In this document: piece by piece, positions 54,331 to 64,000 of the stretch | Layout: each line of letters starts with the position of its first letter | Numbering within the stretch: the first letter of the stretch is position 1 | Origin: Tubiluchus corallicola | Taxonomy: Eukaryota; Animalia; Priapulida | DNA length: 64,000 nucleotides | Assembly (NCBI GenBank): GCA_030141605.1 | Contig: JAQGDQ010000976.1 | Span: 10,050-74,049, forward strand | Direction of reading: 5' to 3' | The notes under the pieces: generated by a model | Seen by the model: only the letters and a program-made list of their open reading frames with translations | What the model was told of the DNA's origin: nothing | The model's database searches: none | Position numbers and translations under genes: made by a program

Positions 54331-55037
54331 AACAGCAACCGACAAAGCAAATGGATATTTTCTTTTCTGCTAATTTGACTTTAATCGTGGCAAGAGAGAA
54401 AAACTAGAGTTTGTTGGAATTGAAGAAACTACAAATCTACAAATCCCACGCTACCTTCTAGCCTCATTCGTTTTTGCCTAATGTGTTCATAGTTTCACAA
54501 GATTGTAATAAATCAAAATTCGTTAGTGATTAGATATTTACTAGGAATTATTCATTTTAGTACTAATACTTCACCGGTGACAATTTACAGAAATTGTAAG
54601 TTTTAAATATTAAAATTAAAAATTGTAACAAGTCTAGAAAAAAGGCACCCAATCCACAAATTCGCAAAACAAGGACTGACTTAACAGTGATACATGTACA
54701 CAGAAGCTTAAGCAGAAGAAACCTGACTTACCCTTATTGTTTTTGCAAAACTAATTTATTTTCTATTTCTGTGTTGCTGTAATTTTTAAGTCATAATAAA
54801 TCGCTACTTTAAGGTGTCATGTTACATTCTTTATTCTCTGATTGGTGGAGCGTTTGTCAAGCACTTTGCTATTGTTTTAGAATTACTTAACATCAAATAA
54901 TTCAACTTATCATGGCTGAATACAGATTACTTATAAAATTTATAGACAAAGAGAAATAATTTAATTACAAGTTGTAAAAATCGTCTCATAATAGCATCTT
55001 TTTCACTCTGACATATGTGATAAATCTTTACCTAGTC

Positions 55038-55600
55038 GGTACTTACTTTTTCAGCCAAATAATTACCGATTTTTTAGGTATGCCTAGCGCCTTTTTTTAT
55101 GTACTATACGTTTATGGACATTTATATATAATTGGTACTTACTTTTTCAGCCGTATAATTTCAGGTTTTTTAGGTACGCATAGCGTCTTTTTATGTACTG
55201 TACATTTATGGACATTTATATATAATTGGTACTTACTTTTTCAGCCGTATAATTTCAGGTTTTTTAGGTATGAATAGCGTCTTTTTATGTACTGTACATT
55301 TATGGACATTTATATATAATTGGTACTTACTTTTTCAGCCGTATAATTTCAGGTTTTTTAGGTACGCATAGCGTCTTTTTATGTACTATACATTTATGGA
55401 CATTTATATATAATTGGTACTTACTTTTTCAGCCGTATAATTTCAGGTTTTTTAGGTATGAATAGCGTCTTTTTATGTACTGTACATTTATGGACATTTA
55501 TATATAATTGGTACTTACTTTTTCAGCCGTATAATTTCAGTTTTTTTAGGTATGCCTAGCGTCTTTTTATGTACTAAACGTTTATGGACATTTATATATT
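55038..55600. repeat. 94-bp minisatellite, 6 copies, each with TTTATGG
   Basis: Units start at 55038, 55134, 55228, 55322, 55416, 55510. Confidence 0.96.
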
Positions 55601-56969
55601 ACTATATTTTATACATGAACTACTCACGCCAATTTTTTAAACTGCGTGCAGTCTGAAAAACGTAAATGGGAAAACTATAAAAGTTTCTACGGATTACAGA
55701 AATGGCATGATTATTTTACTGACATCCAGTTTATTATTTTATGTACTTCATTGAAGCTGAGTATAAAACCAGCGTTTTGGTAGTCTTTTTATATTACATG
55801 AATTGCAATAAAGGCCTATATAACGCATCTACATAGTAAATCATCTAGCGAGCAGACGGACTTAATAACTAGCTCATTGTTTTATGCGTTTGTATAACTG
55901 TTTTGTATAAACATTGCCAGTTTGCGGGGTTCCCATATATCTATTAGTAAACCATAAAAGACGATTATACTCGCTGTTTTACAGCCTTAGTATACTGCCC
56001 AATATACACTTCATGTATAGTTGAGATTTGAATTATGATGCGTTGTATAACATGGAGGGGACGGGCTAGTTACACAATAAGAATCGGGAGAATAACAGGA
56101 AAGGGGTTCTCATAAAAATAAACGAGGTAGGAAGATTAAAATTGGCGCTGGTGGATATTACCCCATTAACAAAAATGTTCAACAGCACAGGCAGCCATTA
56201 TAAAGAAACGGAAATCTCTGATAGGTTATAAGGGTTAAGGTTGCGAACAAGGGAGTGAAGTTTACCGAAAGTCAGGTTTTAGCTGCTGGGTAACGGATAA
56301 CAGTATTACGATCCTGTCATATAACGATTATTAGCGGAGTACAGATGAAAAAAAGCTAATATTGGGAGTTTTTTTCCGGAATAATTAGCGATACTAGTTA
56401 TATTAGTGATAGCAATCGAAATTTTCTTTCTAAAGTTTTTTTCTGCACATTAGATGTAAGAAGTGATGCCAGGAAAGAAGAAATATGGACTGTAAATTTC
56501 ATTAAAGAAGTTATATGGGCTCTATAATGTAGTTGTTTGATTTTTTTGCATGAATGAATTGGACGCCATGCTAACATTTCTTACTTAATTGTTCACGTTG
56601 CTTACTACTCTTGTTATTAATGTTATTTTCTTTTGTTGATCTGTTTATTGTTTCATGTGATTGTACCATACCATAAGCACAAATAATATATATATAGACT
56701 TTTGAAGAATCCAACATCAGTAATGAACGTGGCAAATAAAACTAGGCGTGTCATCTTGTTCTTTGATTTCTCTTGTGACATTGAATCGAACTTTCAAAAC
56801 CATTGTCTATGAGAAATAGAATCACGGGCACGGAGCTGTGAAATTAGTGTAAATTTTAACTGTGTTTTTTGTTGCTGGTGATCTGTGTACAAATGAACGA
56901 CGTTTGTATCTATATTTGTCCAGGGTAAATAATTGAATGATTCTCCATGCACAAAAGTAATTCTATTTC

Positions 56970-56970
<1 letters not shown>

Positions 56971-57022
<52 letters not shown>

Positions 57023-57044
57023 ATTATTATTATTATTGTTGTTG

Positions 57045-57081
<37 letters not shown>

Positions 57082-57159
57082 TACTATTATTACCATTATT
57101 ATTTATTATTGGTATTGCCATTATGGTATTGCCATTATTATTATTACTATTATTATTAT
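56971..57159. repeat. (TTA)n microsatellite
   Basis: Direct reading. Confidence 0.93.
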
Positions 57160-57269
57160 CTGATGTGGACAATCCTATTCCAACAAACACGAAAGTAAAC
57201 ATAAGCTCTTAAATGTCCCACAGGGAGATTCGTCTACAATATCGGCAACGGCTGGTAATCGAATGTATA

Positions 57270-58462
57270 TAACACGGCACAAGTAAAAATGGCACAAGAA
57301 GAAATGGCACAAGTAAAAATGGCACAAGTAAAAATGGTGCAAGAAGTGAGAAAAATAGCACACACGTTATTTTACATTATAATTTCTATAATAAAATTAA
57401 AATGTCCTCAGTAGCAAGCATATGTCCGTCAATGTCGAAAAATCCTAAACATGTTCGTTTGATTTCTTGATTGAGGAAAACGCAAAGAAAAGATAAACAA
57501 GAAAACATGCAAAAATGTACCTGTGTAAGTATTATTTACACTAACAGAAGATTCGCAAAATATTTTATACACTAAATAGAACTATAGTCAATAATGCACC
57601 AATATTTCACATAGTCTTTATCTTCCTTTGTTATTTTCTTATTTATTTATTTACTTACGTTTTATTTACCCTGCAAATAGAGGGTCCCTGTATGTATTTT
57701 ATGTAAGTATTTGTATATGCGTATAATTTTAAATTTTAAATAAAGAATTATAATAATAATAATAATAATAATTTCTTTTTTAACCATTAATTTTGGCGAT
57801 GGTAACGGACTGACATATAAACACATTTACATACGAAGTTACTTTATAAGCCTATATACGTGTATAAGCAAAACTTATAGACATCTTATTACTGTTTATA
57901 GACATCTTATTACTGTTTTTAAGCGAGAATTTCTCGAAACGGAAGCTGGAACTAACTCGCAGTTGTTTGTATTTGCAAAGGTAGTAAAAAAGATATGCCT
58001 TATCTTCTAGCCAGGTCCTCCTCTTTCCAAAGAGCTATAACACTATCTCTGAGATATGTACGAAAGTGCTTCACGAATGCTTTTGTACGTGGTGCTTAGT
58101 TAGAAAAAGAGAAAAAAAGAACCAGAGAAAAAGCACCCCAATCCAGCAGTTTTCAACTCCTCTCCCTGTCCAGGAATTTGCGTCTAATTTCTTGTCCTAG
58201 ACCCACCTTCTCCGCAAAGTATTGTGGAAATCTATTAAGTAGTTTTTGCGTATTAGGCTTACTGCTATAATAACAGACAAAAATCAGCAAACAAACAGCG
58301 TTGAAGCATAAAATAACTGCAGAGTTGTCCCTTGGCAGAAGTAAAAAGAACTAAAATAATAATCCCCATAATAAGACTAACCATAAAATCATGTTTCACA
58401 AGTGTGGCATTTTTCCTTATTATCCTATTTGTGCCATTTGTACCTGCGCCATTTTACCGTAC
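57270..58462 (-). mobile_element. Second, inverted copy of the composite repeat
   Basis: (AAAAATGGCACAAG)n start and TAGTTTTTGCGTATTAGGCTTACTGC..AACAGACAAAAA are reverse complements of parts of 44430-45152. Confidence 0.55.
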
Positions 58463-59728
58463 ATGCACCTAGGGTACATCACTGAACAAATGATTCGTTA
58501 ATGTGAGATAGTGAGATAATGTAATTAGTGAGATACTAATTACATAGACTCAACTTTCATCTACCCCCGCCCCTGACTCCACATAACGATTAAAAATGAA
58601 TTTTTTTAAAAAAAATTATGTAATGTAATACTGTGTTATGTTAGTTTTGTAATGTCAAATTTATAAATAGTGTAAAATATGTCATCTAAAATTTAATGTA
58701 CTTTTGTAATATTGTTTTGTAAAAATATTTTAATATGGTATTTGTAAATATGTTCATTTATTGTATATAGTTTTCTACTTTAGTTTTTTAGTCAGCACTG
58801 GACGCATTTATCTTGAACAGTGTTGTTATCTTAACATTACGCTGAGGCTTACTCAATTTTATTATAATTAGTGAACCATTTTAATGACAAATAAAGAATT
58901 AATATATATATATATATAATGGACTATTAGTTTTTAGTGGGTTTTTTTTCAGACTGGGATATATGGATAATGAACTTTGTATCTATGACATGATGGAGCG
59001 ACAGACAGAGGTTAAGCATTTTTTACTACACTGAAACGTTGTACGTCAAGATTAAAGACCAAACTTCAGAAGAGAATTAGCACATGACACTATTTCTAAC
59101 AGCTACATGCTAAGAAGGAAACTTTTAAAATTGATAATTTAAAGACATTGCAAAGGAAGGATTTTTTTCAGAATAACTGTCTGATAAAGATGTGAATAGC
59201 ATAACTTCAACAACCTTTACACATTTCTTGACCCCTAAAACGCTTCGAAAGTCTTCTCTTTTGCAAAATGCAACCATAATTTTGATAACATTTTAGTTCA
59301 CGAATCAGAACTAATAACAAAAGTGGATAATTGTATAACACACCTGCGGGAAAAACGTTCTAGCAGCGCCTGGTGTGACTCTCGAGAGGAGATATATAGC
59401 TCTTTAGAAAGAGGAAGAACAGGGCTATACGTTGATGTGGGCTATATTTTAGGACACGTCCACCAAGAGGAGTAGCGAGGAGTTAATTAGATGTTCTATT
59501 TTTGGCGATTTTTGCTTGGAAAACTGCTGCCGCAAAGCCATTGTTATGACGTCATCCATTATACTCTGCCTATAACCTTATAGCTTTAATTCAGTAAAAG
59601 CTGCTGCTGGCTTTGCGTTATAAACGAGGACTATGTAGAATGTTCGCGTATTTTTGATTATAAGTGGATTTATACGCAAAATTTTTTGCGGGGCCTTTGC
59701 TAGTCTATATATTAATTCTACTGGTATG

Positions 59729-59774
<46 letters not shown>

Positions 59775-61215
59775 ATAATTAAATAACGCTTTGCTGAAAG
59801 TGCTTACTGCGGTTTGTAGTTTCATTTAATTTAATATCCACAGGGAGCTTACTAGATCAACAACAACACCACCACCCACCCCACCCCACCCCCAAATGTG
59901 GTAAACTCGAGAATGGAGCATAGTGTGATTTGTCCATTTACCGGCTAATAAAAATAGATGATTTCATCTTTTTACTCATTTCAGGGCAACACAATAGTTA
60001 CTCAACATGCTATGTAAGAATTTCTTTCACGCATGCGCACTATTGCCAATAAGCCACGCCCAGCTTAACGCACAATAGCTATGCAAAAAACATAACGTCG
60101 GGCTACGACGCCCTCTCCTAACTACGTCTGCTTTTAAAAACAGATGCGTTTCGGGAAAATAATTTCCAATTTGAGTGCGTGCAAAAGTGAAATAAAACCT
60201 CAGATGACTCCCAAAGTGCTTTTCCGGGGGCGCCACTGTCGCGTTTATAAAACGACAAAAAACCTTTCCAACTCTATAACTGCAGTTTTCGTGTCAACGC
60301 CAAACATTGTTCCGCATCAAATTCCACATTTCTGCCACCTCTTTTATCAATCTAGCTCAAACGACAATTCACTTTCCAAGGTTCAAAACTGCGCGGCTTC
60401 CCGGGGAATCCGCCCCTCCTTCAGGATTCGCGCCGCTTTAATAACGCCCGTCTCCTTTCGTGCAACGGAAAGCGGAGATGGGTGCTTAGATCAGCAAACG
60501 GCAGATAAAACGATTTTGATGGCTAAACTAATGGCTTCGTTATTACGATATTATCAACATAATTTCCAACTCGCTAAAACATTGATGAAACTTTGGCAGG
60601 GCGACGTCATAGCGGGTGACCCGAAAATATTACTCCGAACCGTTTTGGTATTTAAGAACATCAAAATACTCCCTCATACATCGCGTTTTCTGCGTACTCA
60701 CTCATCTTTTTTATTGACTTAATTTGTATTTTAAATCTATTTGCTTTGTTTTTATTAAGGCCTTCTTTACTGTAAGATACATCGCCCCAGATGAAGACTT
60801 CACGGCACCAAGCACTGATATATGGCCCTTTTTATAATTTACCAAGTTACGTGTTTTATCTTTTATAAAAGATAGTATAGGATCCCATATTGGTACATCA
60901 GACAGCTTTTAAAATAATTCTCAGCTGTGTAATAGAAAAGAATAAGTCTGTATAAGTAACAGGCTCCAGTGTATTAATGGTTAGCCTATAAACCATGGAT
61001 GCGTCAACAATGGGTACGTTCTTGATATTTTATTATATTTCTGTATCTACGTAATACACAACACTACAGGCCTCTATAAACCCATTCACAATGCAATGCA
61101 ATTCACAATGTAATGCAATACACAATGTATTCTGCAAGATAACTAGGCCTGTAGTGATACTTTTGAGTGACTGACTTTACTGGCTCTCATAATGTTATCG
61201 TAAAGTGTGAATAAC

Positions 61216-61478
61216 CAGTGCCTATTTCAGCCTAAACGAGGCCCGGGGAAGTGGGGCGTGTGAGGCCCCCTCGGTCGGTGGGTGGGTGGGGGGTCATTGT
61301 TGGCGCCCAGTAATTTTAGAACTGCTAGAACGCCGGAGAAGCATTTTCGAAGAGAAAATATGGAGTTTACAGTATGTTCACATAAAGCAAAAAAAATAAT
61401 ATTACCTCGGCGCGAGGCCCCCCTGGAAGGTGAGGCCCCGGGGAAGTAGCCCCACTTCCCCCCCTGAAATAGGCCCTG
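61216..61478. mobile_element. hAT-like MITE
   Basis: TIR CAG(T/G)GCCTATTTCAG; 8-bp TSD TGAATAAC/TAAATAAC. Confidence 0.8.
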
Positions 61479-62861
61479 TAAATAACAAATATACTAATAA
61501 TTAGTATTATTACTTTTATCACACATGATTGGCCTATAAGCCTATATTTCAAAGCTAGATAAATTTAGACTGAAACTATAAATTACACTGAAAATAAAAT
61601 TATACATTTAAAAAATAAGTTCAAGAGACCATGTGTGTAAGGTGGTTAAGGTGTAAACTGTGAATCTCTAAGCTACAGTTTTCACCTTAACTCCATCACT
61701 GCCCGGGGGCAACTGATTATAAAAAATTCGTGTCAACATAGCGCAATCTTTATCTTTCTTCCTACCATTTCCACTAACACATCCTTCTACGCTTCCTGTG
61801 TGATCTAACCTTTCTCCCAGTTCTTTTTTGTCAACTCATCCATTCTTTTTTTATCTGGTTCACATGATAGTGGGCTTATACAAGCCTTTGCTTCTCTAGT
61901 CCACTGCAGTACAATTGTTCTTTTATGATAACGATAGTGTATGAAATATAACAATTTGATACAGTATGATGTAATAATTTTGATGTCACTGTGTGCTTAA
62001 TGTCATTATATTGTACTGAATGTGATAATAATAAACTAAAAAAATAAAATAAAATAATTCACACCAAAATGACTGAAAATGGCGGCTGAGTTTGAGTAGT
62101 TTTATCCAGCTTATATTAATAATGAAGGTTGATCACTATTCGATGTGCATGCGCTGAACCAAAGAATGTGCATACTGGCAGTGCTGGCGCCAGTAGACTC
62201 AACACTTTATGCCATAAAATTAACTTTATAGCCCAATCGATTCGATTACTAGTAATGCAGACATATGCCATCACGTGACCTACCTGCACCCGTCAGCGTG
62301 GTGGCGCCAGCAGCCATGCATGACGTCACGTTTATATAGTTTCGCAGGAATTATAAATAAGTTTCGTGCATAATCTCATTAATTAGTTTATCATGTAATT
62401 TTGGGCGTCATTAGGCAACTAGGAAAAGAGTTATGATTATCAAAGACGGACAGATAGATAATGCATATAGCCATTAATATTTCCATCACAGATTGCAGCA
62501 GCAGCAAAATCTACTGACACTCTTTCGTGTGTTAAAAAATCTTTTTTTATGAATTCTTCGTTACACAAAAACGTTGCCGATTTTTAAAAATTTAAGTACA
62601 GTATGCTTTATCTAAGATATTTATTTAGTTATTTACTTATTATTTATTTATTATACTATAGAATATAAATAATATTATAGTTTATATATATCTATATCTA
62701 TATATAGTTTATATTAGGTATAGCGTATATACCTATAGGTATATTAGGTATACCTGTATATAGGCCTATATATAGTTTGTATTATATAGTATAATTACAT
62801 ACTATATAATATAGTTAAAAAGTCACAAATTTATTAAAACTTTTAATTTACAAAGTTAAAA

Positions 62862-62912
62862 ATCATGTGAAACGTTTCGACAAAGCCACTGTGGTCATCA
62901 TCACTCGTAAAT
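62862..62912 (-). ncRNA. Second degenerate PLE-type hammerhead motif (solo pLTR fragment)
   Basis: GUGAUGA-UGAC-cacaguggcuuu-GUC-GAAA-CGUU; stem II GAC/GUC intact, core C3->G; flank homologous to 22775-22860. Confidence 0.45.
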
Positions 62913-63034
62913 TTTTAAGTCTTTGTATAAATAATGATCTTTGTATAAATTAAAAGAACCATAAAATCACAGGATTATTCGAAATTTTACATTTTCACAA
63001 AAACATTTATGTGAAACAGCCTTTAGTCTTGAAA

Positions 63035-63043
63035 CGCACACGC

Positions 63044-63104
<61 letters not shown>

Positions 63105-63120
63105 ATATAATACATAATAC

Positions 63121-63210
<90 letters not shown>
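63035..63210. repeat. (CA)n + (TA)n microsatellite
   Basis: Direct reading. Confidence 0.95.
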
Positions 63211-63213
<3 letters not shown>

Positions 63214-64000
63214 GTTGTGGAATAAATTGTATAATTAAAATGTGGATCACACGCTTTGTTGGCCTAAAACTCAAGAAATCTTGTGTATAGACAAAAGTCT
63301 AAAGTCGCCTACAACCGAAATATTTACAAGGATTTTTCATAGGGCGTCTAAATTTGATTGTGTCTTATACGTACGATAAATAAGTATATTACAATAGGCC
63401 TGGATACTAATCAGTAGAACGTTTACTTAGTCATGCTAATCGCAAGACAGCGTCATCTGTTAGGTCCTGGCCAAAACGGTAATACAGATTTTTTGGAAAA
63501 TTTCCGAGCATAACACAGCTACTGTAATTATTTGTTGGTCGACTTAATGTTTTCTAACCTACTTGCTAAGTTGCTTCAAGATTTTTTGGAAGGTTAGCTA
63601 CGATAATAGTCTTTGGTGGTTCCGGCTGATTCATTAATTTAACTACAAGTATCCCACTTTCAAATCTAAAATTACATTTATATTTTTTACGTAGGTCCAC
63701 CGATATGCGTATTTGCTGCAACAAGGTAGCTTTATTTGTTAACAAACTGGACGCTTAAATGAAAAGACCTGCTATCACAGCGTGACATAATCAATGTGAA
63801 AAAAGCGGAAGCGGAAATGTACTGGAAATCTTGCATTGGCGTGCTTGGCGGCCTTCGCTTGTTGTTGGCTTTGGCCACCTTGAGGTGATTTTTGGCCTAA
63901 TCACGTGATCAATTTGATCTGGGTCAGAGGCCTACTGTGAAGTGAAGACGTGTGTGTGTGCGTGCGTGTGCGTTTCAAGACTAAAGGCTGTTTCACACCT

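Noticed and set aside
53921-54378. ORFs upstream of and overlapping the Cdx promoter as uORFs or a divergent gene
   Set aside because: Mostly non-ATG starts, no recognisable protein, TSS unknown.
60144-60722. 192-aa ORF on +
   Set aside because: No recognisable domain; an open frame is expected in a GC-richer island.

Overview
AT-rich (roughly one-third GC, judged by eye), repeat-dense animal genomic DNA, not prokaryotic. Three spliced protein-coding genes can be read directly. (1) The last coding exon of a + strand gene ending in an F5/8 type C (discoidin) domain, 1296-1451. (2) A complete 8-exon aspartylglucosaminidase (AGA) gene on the - strand, 14671->3019, 360 aa, whose first intron is GC-AG. 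(3) A complete 3-exon ParaHox gene Cdx/caudal on the - strand, 53895->22376, 253 or 264 aa, with a ~29-kb first intron and a second intron inside homeodomain codon 24. No Xlox/Pdx or Gsx is visible; AGA and the discoidin gene occupy the side where Xlox lies in chordate ParaHox clusters. The rest is MITEs (Kolobok-like TTAA, hAT, Tc1, Helentron/HINE-like), LINE and Penelope remnants, minisatellites and long microsatellites; most ORFs in the supplied track are artefacts of these. The most interesting signals are cis-regulatory or RNA-level: tightly spaced TCF HMG + C-clamp Helper site pairs around Cdx, an in-frame tandem acceptor changing the Cdx hexapeptide-homeodomain linker by 11 aa, a 94-bp array multiplying Cdx sites upstream of Cdx, triplicated CLEAR/E-box palindromes in the Cdx 3'UTR upstream of lysosomal AGA, degenerate Penelope-type hammerhead ribozymes, and inverted MITEs bracketing AGA exon 3. 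The species cannot be identified from the sequence alone, and all regulatory calls are motif-based inferences.
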